From Octopus bimaculoides (Eukaryota): 33,908 nt of DNA. Position numbers and translations under genes: made by a program. The notes under the pieces were generated by a model that did no database searches, was not told the origin of the DNA, and worked only from the letters and a program-made list of their open reading frames with translations. Shown in pieces: positions 10,980 to 22,069 of the stretch (position 1 is the first letter of the stretch; each line of letters starts with the position of its first letter). The stretch is taken from contig NC_068985.1 in NCBI RefSeq assembly GCF_001194135.2, positions 125,220,075 through 125,253,982 on the forward strand, written 5' to 3'.

Positions 10980-11460
10980 CCGCATCTACACCAGTCATTG
11001 CAGCTTCAACCCCACCGTACACTCACCTCTGCCTCAGTCCCTACCCGTACTTCTACACCTACTGGTAGTGCCGCTTCTATGTTTCACCATCATCTCCATC
11101 ACCATTAAAACCACCGCTGCCACCAGCACCAGCACCACCATCTTTACATTCACCACTAACAGCTTCATCACTACTACCATCACCCTACCGGTACCACTGA
11201 CTTACCCACCACAAGTGACGGCTGTTGCAGCAGCCGTCACTATCGTCACCAACATCACTTCCGTCACTACAACAAACATTCCCTCCACCGCTACAAGAAC
11301 GACACCGACCACAACACCAATATATTCCCCCCCATCCCTACAATCACCACCACCACCACCACCACCACCACCATCACAACGACTATCACTATCGCCCCTC
11401 CATCACCTCCTCCACCACCGCCACCACCACCAACACCACCAACAACAACAACACAAATGG
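10980..11460. repeat. Degenerate (ACC/ACT/AAC)n low-complexity region
   Basis: Trinucleotide-biased and C/A-rich; produces the poly-T/P/H pseudo-ORFs. Confidence 0.8.
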
Positions 11461-11714
11461 GCGTTAGTGAGCTACAACTTACCACAATACAATATGACAC
11501 AATGCTCTACACAGCTTACACATACTTGCTTTTCTTCACGCTCGCAAAGCAAATCATTGATATAACTCCGCCCTTACTACTGACAATCATGTTGCTTAAC
11601 CACGCCCACATTACACCTGCATGAAGAACTAATTGGAAACTGTCGTTTTGTCACACTCAGACACAATCTTCACCCATATTCTTATTTAACCACCTTTCCT
11701 CCTTTCTAGCTCTT

Positions 11715-11782
<68 letters not shown>

Positions 11783-12579
11783 NNNNNNNNNNNNNNNNNN
11801 NNNNNNNNNNNNNNNNNNNNNNNNNNNNNNNNNNNNNNNNNNNNNNNNNNNNNNNNNNNNNNNNNNNNNNNNNNNNNNNNNNNNNNNNNNNNNNNNNNNN
11901 NNNNNNNNNNNNNNNNNNNNNNNNNNNNNNNNNNNNNNNNNNNNNNNNNNNNNNNNNNNNNNNNNNNNNNNNNNNNNNNNNNNNNNNNNNNNNNNNNNNN
12001 NNNNNNNNNNNNNNNNNNNNNNNNNNNNNNNNNNNNNNNNNNNNNNNNNNNNNNNNNNNNNNNNNNNNNNNNNNNNNNNNNNNNNNNNNNNNNNNNNNNN
12101 NNNNNNNNNNNNNNNNNNNNNNNNNNNNNNNNNNNNNNNNNNNNNNNNNNNNNNNNNNNNNNNNNNNNNNNNNNNNNNNNNNNNNNNNNNNNNNNNNNNN
12201 NNNNNNNNNNNNNNNNNNNNNNNNNNNNNNNNNNNNNNNNNNNNNNNNNNNNNNNNNNNNNNNNNNNNNNNNNNNNNNNNNNNNNNNNNNNNNNNNNNNN
12301 NNNNNNNNNNNNNNNNNNNNNNNNNNNNNNNNNNNNNNNNNNNNNNNNNNNNNNNNNNNNNNNNNNNNNNNNNNNNNNNNNNNNNNNNNNNNNNNNNNNN
12401 NNNNNNNNNNNNNNNNNNNNNNNNNNNNNNNNNNNNNNNNNNNNNNNNNNNNNNNNNNNNNNNNNNNNNNNNNNNNNNNNNNNNNNNNNNNNNNNNNNNN
12501 NNNNNNNNNNNNNNNNNNNNNNNNNNNNNNNNNNNNNNNNNNNNNNNNNNNNNNNNNNNTGTGTGTGTGTGTGTGTGTG

Positions 12580-12776
12580 TCGTCTCCATCATCATTTGAC
12601 AACCGATGTTAGTGTATTTACGTCCTTGTAACTTAGCAGTTCGGCAAAAGCGACCGATAGAATAAGTACTGGGCTTACAAGGAATAAGTGCTGGGGTTGC
12701 TTTTTTCGACTAAAAAACCCTTTAAAGCGGTGCTCCAGCATGGCTGCAGTCAAATGACTGAAACAAGTAAAAGAAT
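12580..12776 (+). mobile_element. SINE-B 3' half (5' part probably in the gap)
   Basis: GTAACTTAGCAGTTCGGCAAAAGCGACCGATAGAATAAGTACT..GCTCCAGCATGGCTGCAGTCAAATGACTGAAACAAGTAAAAG. Confidence 0.88.
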
Positions 12777-12819
12777 CTATCTATCTATCTATCTACATAT
12801 ATGTATATAGAATATATAC

Positions 12820-12850
<31 letters not shown>

Positions 12851-13504
12851 TATACGTGTGTGTGTATGTACGTGTCTGTGTGCTTTGATATCTTTTTAAT
12901 TGTATTCAGTCTTAACTCTCCACACATTCAACTAAAGTAAACACTCCTAGAATGATCATTTATTTAAACACATATAATCTTCAGATGTATTATAATGATG
13001 CACGCAGTAAGCACAGCTGCTAAATACACGTTTTCTGGTCGCAATCACGAGTTCCGGGATCGATCCCAATCGCCCAGTATATCAAGTCACAGAATCGATT
13101 AAAGTTTGATTAAGATTTTGTCGCCAGAAGCCGTGTGGAAGTGCGCTGTGTTGCAGCGTGCACATAATTCAAAGAGTCAGCTTTCTCACTAGGGTCTACA
13201 AGACGTGGGTTCAACCTGAATGTACCTCGATCCAACACTCGGAGTGCAGTAATCTAAGATTATCTGCGTCTGCTAAAATGAACTGATAGGTCCGCATATA
13301 ACATCTCAAGGTACCCCTTTTTCTCTGATAAAATTATGTTCATGACACATAAATGCAAATTTAATGTACAAACTTGTAATTAAATTATTCAGTATTAATT
13401 GAAACAGCTGTAAGAAGTAAGGACGACAATTTGTTAATAATAAATAATTGCTAACTTTCTACTCTCCATTTTCTTTTCTTCATTTCACTATATATTTATA
13501 TATA

Positions 13505-13640
13505 CCGGGTGAAGCATTATATCCTTGAGCAAGGCACTTCATTTCACGATAGTTCTTTTTCTCCACTCATTTGAAAATAAGCACCACAGAAACTTCATGG
13601 GGATAACTTTGCGAGGGACTGGCTTTCAGTTCAGCGCTGA
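13505..13640 (+). mobile_element. Diverged SINE-C fragment
   Basis: TCCTTGAGCAAGGCACTTCATTTCACG..TCCACTCA..GCGAGGGACTGGC aligns to 17960-18040. Confidence 0.55.
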
Positions 13641-13789
13641 GTCTAGTACTTTCTGTCACTTAACCACCATAGGGCCCAGGATGAACTCCAGCCTACATAG
13701 GCCTGTGGGCTCGAGATAGGTTTTTCGTTTATGTATGTATGTATGTATGTATGTATGAATGTATGTATATATGTGTATATACATACATA

Positions 13790-14220
13790 CGTACGTACAA
13801 TTACCAACACTGGTTGTCAAGCACTGGTGGTGGAAAGCGTGAATACAGTTACACACACACACACACACACACACGCGTTCATATATATATNNNNNNNNNN
13901 NNNNNNNNNNNNNNNNNNNNNNNNNNNNNNNNNNNNNNNNNNNNNNNNNNNNNNNNNNNNNNNNNNNNNNNNNNNNNNNNNNTATATATATTATCATGGC
14001 TACCAAATAAGTGACACATATTTTTACAGGTATATATATAAATATATATGTATATACGACGGCCTTCTTTCAGCTTCCGTCTGGCAAATCTCATTCATAA
14101 GGCTTTGACCGGCCCGGGGCTATGAAAAAAAATATTTACCCTTAGTGCCAAGTAGTGGGATTGAAGCCGGAACCATGTGGTTAGGAAGCAAACTTCTTAC
14201 CACACAGCCACGCCTGCATC
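13790..14220 (-). mobile_element. SINE-B (head plus middle) spanning gap 13891-13982
   Basis: TTCTTTCAGCTTCCGTCT..GGAACCATGTGGTTAGGAAGCAAACTTCTTACCACACAGCCACGCCTGC at 14063-14218, and GGTTGTCAAGC at about 13811. Confidence 0.8.
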
Positions 14221-15087
14221 TATGCTGCATATATTTGGAAGAAAAATCCATCCCTACGTGTATGTATGTATGTATGTATGTACGTACGTACGTACGTACG
14301 TACGTACGTATGTATGTCTCAAAAGAATGACGGTACAGGTGTCACATTAATTCCTTTGTTAGGATTCACATTTACTATGCATATTTGAGTATACATACAT
14401 AAATGCATACATGTGTGTGTATGTATATATATGTATATATATATATGTATATATATATATATGCATATATGTATATATATATATATATGCATGTATGTAT
14501 GTATGTATATATATATATGACTTCGGATGATTATCGATTCGCATGACTAATTATAATTGGGATTTGCGTTCCTTATGATTCAGCAACAGTTAGCTGGCTG
14601 ACGATGACGCTAACTGTGAAGGTAATGGTTGAGGGTAGTTGCAGTAGCAATAGTGTGAAAGGTGATAGTCGTACAATAATAGCACAAAAGAAAAGAACGA
14701 GCGCTCTGTTGACGTTATTGTTGTATAGTAATAGAGAGGCGGTGCCCGTGACATTTGCAGGTTTGTCCATCCGAAACTGGTGAATTTGATGCGGTGAATA
14801 TTTGTAGGGGTTTAGACACTACTTCGTAAAACTTGTCGTCAGACATGTAATGGACCAGGAACTGACTCATCGAATTACCTGTAAATACCTTTAACGATGA
14901 CGTTATCGTTATAAAATTGCGAATGGTAGCCCTCCCACCCCAACTATACTTGTGTGTATGTGCGAGTGAGAGGAGAGAGAGTGTGTGTGTATATGCATGT
15001 GTGTGTGTGTGTGTGTGCAAACATGCAAACACACGCGCATACACATACATGTATGTATACACACACACACACACACATATAATTATT

Positions 15088-15733
15088 CTTTACTTGTTTC
15101 AGTCATTAGACTGCGGCCATGCTGGAGCACCGGCTTGAATTTCTAGTCGAATGAATCGACTCCACCACTTATTTTTAAAGCCTGGTACTTATTCTTATTT
15201 CTTTACTACCCACAAGGGGCTACACACTGAGGGGACAAACAAGGACAGACAAACGGGTTAAGTCGATTATATCGACCCCAGTGCGTAACTGGTACTTATC
15301 TAATCGACTCCGAAAGGATGAAAGGCAAAGTCGACCGCGGCGGAATTCGAACTCAGAACGTAGCGGCAGACGAAATACCGCTAAGCATTTCGCCCGGCGT
15401 GCTAACGATTCTGCCAGCTCGCCGCCTTTTATTCAGGTACTTATTCTGTCGGTCTCTTTTGCCGAACAGCTAAGTTACGGGAACGTAAACACACCAACAC
15501 CGGTTGTCAAGTGGTAAGGTGGGAACAAACACAGGCACACATAGATAAATATATATACATATATATATACGATAGGCTTCTTTCAGTTTCCGTCTACCAA
15601 ATCCACTCACAAGGCTTTGGTCGGCAAGAAGCTATAGTAGAAGACATTTGACTAAGGTGTCACGCAGTGGGACTGAACCCAGAACCAAGTGGTTGGGAAG
15701 CAAGTTTCTTACCACACAGCCACCCCTGCGCCT
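15088..15733 (-). mobile_element. SINE-B, full length, interrupted by a SINE-A insertion
   Basis: 3' end at 15088-15194 and remainder at 15436-15733. The target-site duplication GGTACTTATTC is at 15184-15194 and 15436-15446. Confidence 0.9.
15195..15428 (-). mobile_element. Young-looking full-length SINE-A with alternative 3' tail, nested in SINE-B
   Basis: Intact head AAGGCGGCGAGCTGGCAGAATCGTTAGCACG..GAGTTCGAATTCC; tail ..TAGCCCCTTGTGGGTAGTAAAGAAATAAG; 11-bp TSD. Confidence 0.92.
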
Positions 15734-15740
15734 ATATGAT

Positions 15741-16055
15741 TATATATAAAGATGAGAATGTGTGTCTGTCTGTCTGTCTGTGTGTTTGTGTGTCTGCGTG
15801 AATCCCTAAAACTTGAGAATTAAACGACCAATTTCATTCAAATTTTACACATGCTTTACTTAGGGTCCATGTAATGTCATAGGTAAAAAAAAAAAATTTT
15901 AACTTCTTGCCTAGTGCGAGCCCAGAGCGATATTATATCCCCTCCACTATTTCAGTATTACGTGTTAAAGGTGAAATAAGATGTCTGTATTGTAATGTCA
16001 GATATTTTCACTTTAATACTGAAACTATTAAAGTGAAACTATTATCTCACATATA
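15741..16055 (+). mobile_element. Non-autonomous Helitron/Helentron-like element, family H1, copy 1
   Basis: TATATATAAAGATGAGAATG-(TGTC)n-..ACGACCAATTTCATTCAAATTT is the typical 5' layout of Lep1/DINE-like rolling-circle elements. Four copies lie within 2.1 kb. Confidence 0.65.
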
Positions 16056-16079
16056 TACAGGCATACATACATACATACA

Positions 16080-16108
<29 letters not shown>

Positions 16109-16110
<2 letters not shown>

Positions 16111-16221
16111 CTGTATATATAAAGATGAGAATGTGTGTCTGTCTGCCTGTGTGTCTGTCTGCCTGTGTGTCTGTCTGCCTGTGTGTCTATCTGTGGGTCT
16201 GTGTAAATGCCTAAAACTTAA
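16109..16221 (+). mobile_element. H1 copy 2 (5' end only, runs into the gap)
   Basis: ATCTGTATATATAAAGATGAGAATGTGTGTCTGTCTG..CCTAAAACTT. Confidence 0.65.
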
Positions 16222-16292
16222 NNNNNNNNNNATATATATATATATATATATATATACATGCATACATATATACACCCCCCACACATATATCT

Positions 16293-16625
16293 ATAGGTGC
16301 AGGTGTGATTGTGTAGTAAGAAACTTAGTTCCAAAACACATGGTCCTGGCTTCAGTCCCACTGTGTGGTGACTTGGCATGTGTCTTCTGCTATAGCCTCA
16401 GACCAACCAAAGCCTTGTGAGTGGATTTTGTAGACAGAAACTGAAAGAAATCGATCGTATATATATATATGCATGTATATATATAAGTGTATGTGATGTG
16501 TCTTTGTCTCTGTGTTTCTCCCTCATTACTGCTTCACAACTGCTGTTCGTTTATTTACATCCCCATAACTTACTCGTTTGACAAGAAGAAACTGATAGAA
16601 TAAGTACCAGGCTTATCAAAATAAC
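16293..16625 (+). mobile_element. SINE-B, diverged, 3'-truncated
   Basis: AGGTGCAGGTGTGATTGTGTAGTAAG..CTTCAGTCCCACTG..AAAGCCTTGTGAGTGGATTTTGTAGACAGAAACTGAAAGAA..GATAGAATAAGTACC. Confidence 0.85.
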
Positions 16626-16683
16626 AAAAAAAGCACTAGGCAGTGTCTCATATTTTGTTTGCCCACTCAGTGTGTGTGTAAAT

Positions 16684-16885
16684 ATCTATATACATAAAGA
16701 TGAGAATGTGTGTCTGTCTGTCTGTGTGTCAGTGTGAATCCCTAAAACTTGAGAACTACACCACCAATTTCATTCAAATTACACAACCAATTTCATTCAA
16801 ACTACACAACCAATTTCATTCTTTCCTAGTGCGAGCCCAGAGCAATATCAGATCTCCTCCACTATTTCAGTATTACGTGTCAAAA
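16684..16885 (+). mobile_element. H1 copy 3 with internal 23-bp triplication
   Basis: A|TCTATATACATAAAGATGAGAATG.. with (ACTACACAACCAATTTCATTCAA) x3, then CCTAGTGCGAGCCCAGAGC..CTCCACTATTTCAGTATTAC. Confidence 0.7.
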
Positions 16886-17033
16886 ACATGTGACATATTA
16901 ATAAAAATCTGTAAATGTACAAACATCCAGATTTCTGAGTACCTTAATTTTTTTCTATATAATTTCTGTACATCACCTCCAAACCTTCCAATATATATAT
17001 ATATATATATATACCTTTGTGCAGAAGTATACA

Positions 17034-17069
<36 letters not shown>

Positions 17070-17544
17070 TATNNNNNNNNNNNNNNNNNNNNNNNNNNNN
17101 NNNNNNNNNNNNNNNNNNNNNNNNNNNNNNNNNNNNNNNNNNNNNNNNNNNNNNNNNNNNNNNNNNNNNNNNNNNNNNNNNNNNNNNNNNNNNNNNNNNN
17201 NNNNNNNNNNNNNNNNNNNNNNNNNNNNNNNNNNNNNNNNNNNNNNNNNNNNNNNNNNNNNNNNNNNNNNNNNNNNNNNNNNNNNNNNNNNNNNNNNNNN
17301 NNNNNNNNNNNNNNNNNNNNNNNNNNNNNNNNNNNNNNNNNNNNNNNNNNNNNNNNNNNNNNNNNNNNNNNNNNNNNNNNNNNNNNNNNNNNNNNNNNNN
17401 NNNNNNNNNNNNNNNNNNNNNNNNNNNNNNNNNNNNNNNNNNNNNNNNNNNNNNNNNNNNNNNNNNNNNNNNNNNNNNNNNNNNNNNNNNNNNNNNNNNN
17501 NNNNTATATATATATATATATATTATATGTATGTATATATGTAT

Positions 17545-17860
17545 GTCTGTATATGTGAGATAATAGTTTCATTATTAAGGTGAAACTATTCAAGTGAAAA
17601 TATCTGACATTACAATACAGAGATGTCATTGTTTCACTTTTGACAAGTAATACTGAAATAGTGGAGGAGATATGATATTGCTCTGGGCTCGCACTAGGCA
17701 TGAAGTTGGAAACTTTTTTTGGCCTATGACACTATATGGACCCTAAGTAAGGCATGTGTAAAATTTGAATGAAATTGGTTGCGTAGTTCTCAAATTTTAG
17801 GGATTCACACAGACACACAGACATACAGACAGATGCACATTCTCATCTTTAAATATATAT
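17545..17860 (-). mobile_element. H1 copy 4 (inverted relative to copies 1-3)
   Basis: Reverse complement of 15741-16055 over its whole length. Confidence 0.75.
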
Positions 17861-17902
17861 ATAATACACAGACACTCATACATGTATGTATATGTGCATA
17901 TG

Positions 17903-18120
17903 TGGAGGCATCATGATTGTATGATTGTGGTTTCAATTCCTGGACCGGACGACGCGTTGTATTCTTGATCAAAACACTTCATTTCACGTTGCTCCAGTTC
18001 ACTTAGCTGGAAAAAATGAGTAACGCTGCGATGGACTGGCGTCTCGTCCAGCTGGGGAACACATACGCCATTGAAACCGGGAAACATGAACCTGGCTAGG
18101 CTTTAGAAGGGCGCATTTAT
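17903..18120 (+). mobile_element. tRNA-derived SINE-C
   Basis: B-box-like GGTTTCAATTCC, CORE-like TTCTTGATCAAAACACTTCATTTCACGTTGCTCCAG, then CTGCGATGGACTGGCGTCTCGTCCAG and a (TTTA)-rich tail. Confidence 0.75.
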
Positions 18121-18148
18121 TTATTTTTATTTATATGTGCATATTCAT

Positions 18149-18800
18149 ATCTATTATATAAAAATCAATGTCTTTATGTGTGTTCGTGTGTTACTTATAC
18201 ATTCGAAAACTACTGCACCGATCCTAATGAAATTTGGAACACAAAATCCAAGCCTAGTGTTTCATACAATTTCATGGACCAAAATTACTGAATGGATCCT
18301 TATGATATTTGGAACTTAGATTCAATGCATAACGGTAGGTATAATGCAGTATGTTTGGTTTGAATTTGAGATGGCTTAAAGGGGGCAGAACCCCCATGAA
18401 AATTCATAATTTTCGACGTTGATGAAATTTCAACCATGGGTAATCAAGAAGTATTCTCAAAGTTTCCACTTCTCGTGAGGATTCTAAGACCCCCTAATGG
18501 GACCTTAACTTCCAAATTTTAGTCATTTTTTATGATCCGAAACTACGTCAAAAGTACTGAATGGATCTTTATGAAATTTCGAAATTATATTCTATGCATA
18601 AGGGCCATAACCACCATGAAAATTCATATATTTTTGCTGTTGATGAAATTTTAACCATAAATGAAGTAATATTTCTAAAATTTCATCTTCTTAGAAGTTA
18701 GAAAGACCTATTCATGGGGACTTAACACCCACAATTTAGTCATTTTATCTAAGCAAAGACGAATACAGTTGTACTCTTGGAAGCTGTAGGGTCACCCGAG
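18149..18800 (+). mobile_element. Non-autonomous Helitron-like element, family H2, with internal tandem repeat
   Basis: 5' A|TCTATTATATAAAA and AAAACTACTGCACCGATCCTAATGAAATTTGG motif; internal units start at 18281 and 18550. The 3' hairpin/CTRR end is not clearly identifiable. Confidence 0.65.
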
Positions 18801-20000
18801 TATAAAAGATGAGCGTTATTTGTAATTCAATGGTAGTACAACAGTGTAAGAGCTTGCTTTGAGATACTTAGATTGTGATTCCTGCTATGTGGTGCATAAA
18901 TTGTCAAGTAAATGAGAGGCATCTTTCCCTCCACTAATTCAGTTGCAAAGTGTTTAGTGAAGTTATTTGGTTGCAGGCCTCCTTTGAGTCTTTTTATTAT
19001 CACTGGGTCACACATAGTCCCCCAATGGTAACATTGATTTCAAGGCCTTCCCAGATAAGTGACTGGTTATTGAAAGACATTTATAGATTGTAAATTTATT
19101 CTGTCCAGTTACCTATCGGTATAGTGGTCATTTGCAAACTCCAGAGGTGACACTTTCATTTCCCCTTAGCCCTCACGTCACACAGTTGTTAATGTTTGAG
19201 TTGGGTCACGCCCTTCCAATTGCTATAGATCCGTAATGCATGTTACAGCTATGCCTGTCACCTGTATGGTGAGGGATCCTACATTGGGGAGTGGTAACGA
19301 CTAGGGTAGGGTAGCTGACTGCTTATTGTGATCATTTTGTTTCCTGTAGCTTTGCTCTCTTTTACAAACCCAGTGAACATACATATATTTCCTATTTCAA
19401 AGAAATTCAGACAATACTTATAAGACCCAAGTTAAAAAGATTCTTAACAATTCAACTTCTCTGGTGTGTTTGTATGTATGCATTTATATATGCNNNNNNN
19501 NNNNNNNNNNNNNNNNNNNNNNNNNNNNNNNNNNNNNNNNNNNNNNNNNNNNNNNNNNNNNNNNNNNNNNNNNNNNNNNNNNNNNNNNNNNNNNNNNNNN
19601 NNNNNNNNNNNNNNNNNNNNNNNNNNNNNNNNNNNNNNNNNNNNNNNNNNNNNNNNNNNNNNNNNNNNNNNNNNNNNNNNNNNNNNNNNNNNNNNNNNNN
19701 NNNNNNNNNNNNNNNNNNNNNNNNNNNNNNNNNNNNNNNNNNNNNNNNNNNNNNNNNNNNNNNNNNNNNNNNNNNNNNNNNNNNNNNNNNNNNNNNNNNN
19801 NNNNNNNNNNNNNNNNNNNNNNNNNNNNNATATATATATATATATACAGACGCGCACACACATATTTGTACTCATGCATATATAACGTGTATGTATGAAA
19901 ACACAGATTTATACACATGCACATACACACACACACACAGACACACATTTTGATAGATAGACAAATAGACAGACATACATACATACAGACAGACAGATAG

Positions 20001-20043
<43 letters not shown>

Positions 20044-20099
20044 TACATGCATACATACAAGCATACACAAATAAACTTGTACCTACGCAAAGTCATATA

Positions 20100-20137
<38 letters not shown>

Positions 20138-20613
20138 TGTGTGTGTTCGTCCAAGATGTTAGTTGGCGGAATCGTAAAGAGAAAATGCTAAGTGCTATTC
20201 AGTTACAATTCCTTACATCTTTTGTTTAAATTCTGCTACTATCATCTTTCTCGTTCATATTTGCTTCTGATGATAAACCATTTCAATTTATATTCCAGGT
20301 ATAGAATGCTATAGAAGACGATTTTGGAGTTCGCCTAGCAAATACAGCGTTACCTGGTCCAAGGGAAATAACTCTACTTAAACAGAATCGTTACCTCTGG
20401 TGAATAATGCTTAGCGCTACCTAAGTGATTGTCAGCCTTCGTAACTAGCAGAACTATTCCGTCGCGACCATCTCGTTTTATCACCCCGCGCCCACATATA
20501 CCGTGTCAGTGGCTACTTTATTCAATGTGCACTTTTTATGTATATAAGGAGGATAGGTGCGATTGGGGAGAAATTAGCGGTGAGGTCGACGATTTGTTTA
20601 TATTTTATCACTC

Positions 20614-20780
20614 CAGGCGCAGGAGTGGCTGTGTGGTACGATGCTTGCTTCCCAACCACATGGTTCCGAGTTCAGTCCCACTGTGTGGCTCTTTGTACGA
20701 GCGTCTTCCACGATACCCTCAGGCAGACCAAAGCCTTGTAAGTGTATTTGGTAGACAGAAATTGAAAGAAGCTCGTAGTA
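20614..20780 (+). mobile_element. SINE-B 5' half (runs into (TA)n and the gap)
   Basis: AGGCGCAGGAGTGGCTGTGTGGT..GAGTTCAGTCCCACTG..AAAGCCTTGTAAGTG..GAAAGAAGC. Confidence 0.88.
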
Positions 20781-21410
20781 TATATATATATATATATATA
20801 TATATATNNNNNNNNNNNNNNNNNNNNNNNNNNNNNNNNNNNNNNNNNNNNNNNNNNNNNNNNNNNNNNNNNNNNNNNNNNNNNNNNNNNNNNNNNNNNN
20901 NNNNNNNNNNNNNNNNNNNNNNNNNNNNNNNNNNNNNNNNNNNNNNNNNNNNNNNNNNNNNNNNNNNNNNNNNNNNNNNNNNNNNNNNNNNNNNNNNNNN
21001 NNNNNNNNNNNNNNNNNNNNNNNNNNNNNNNNNNNNNNNNNNNNNNNNNNNNNNNNNNNNNNNNNNNNNNNNNNNNNNNNNNNNNNNNNNNNNNNNNNNN
21101 NNNNNNNNNNNNNNNNNNNNNNNNNNNNNNNNNNNNNNNNNNNNNNNNNNNNNNNNNNNNNNNNNNNNNNNNNNNNNNNNNNNNNNNNNNNNNNNNNNNN
21201 NNNNNNNNNNNNNNNNNNNNNNNNNNNNNNNNNNNNNNNNNNNNNNNNNNNNNNNNNNNNNNGTCATTTTAATGAATTTTAATTACCTTTTTCTGATGAT
21301 AATTGAAAAGAAACAGCGATTTTAGCAAAACACATTAAGCAACACTAATAATAATTAAAAAAACATAAAAATTATGATGTTATGATGCGAGGTGTTTCCA
21401 TATTTCCCTG

Positions 21411-21441
<31 letters not shown>

Positions 21442-21488
21442 TTGTGTTTGTGTGCGTGTGCGTATATATGTGTCTGTGTACATGCAAA

Positions 21489-21528
<40 letters not shown>

Positions 21529-21540
21529 AGTGCGCGCGCA

Positions 21541-22038
21541 TCGAAGACGAGCAAGGGCAGAGCGGATCTGATTCTGCTGTGGGACGTTACCACACGAGCT
21601 GATCGAGGCAGTACTGGAGAAATACCATTCTGTCTAGAAGCTGGAAAAAAAAAATCATATTCTGGGCTTTTACAAAAAGTTCAGCAGGTATGTGTCTGAC
21701 ACGAATTTAAAGTGGGGATAACCCCACGAGTTCCTTGTGAATCTCTTTACGTTGGCAATGAATATAGCGCTCAAGCGAAGGAGACAGGAATATGGCAACT
21801 ACCCAATAAGACTTCATAGACAATGAGAACAACGACAGTTCTTGGGTGAAATAGATTCTCCGGCTGTTAGATAAGCTTGTAGCTCTGGTGTGAATGTGTT
21901 TCAAACCGGCAAAATCGTGTTTTCTTTTTTCTTTTTATTTCCCCCAACGTTCTTATTTTATTTCTGGCTTTTTTAAGTGTGGGAAAAGTTATCAACAAGT
22001 TTCACTTAAGTGTGGAAGGTCTCAGATCTCATCTGGTG

Positions 22039-22069
<31 letters not shown>

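Noticed and set aside
10930-11565. 211-aa Thr/Pro/His-rich mucin-like ORF
   Set aside because: Explained by a degenerate (ACC)n microsatellite. Overlapping frames on both strands are also open, and there is no splice or domain support.
18827-19400. Unexplained non-repetitive segment with a short minus ORF containing IYLTIYAPH
   Set aside because: The similarity to the LINE endonuclease YAP motif is too short to call.
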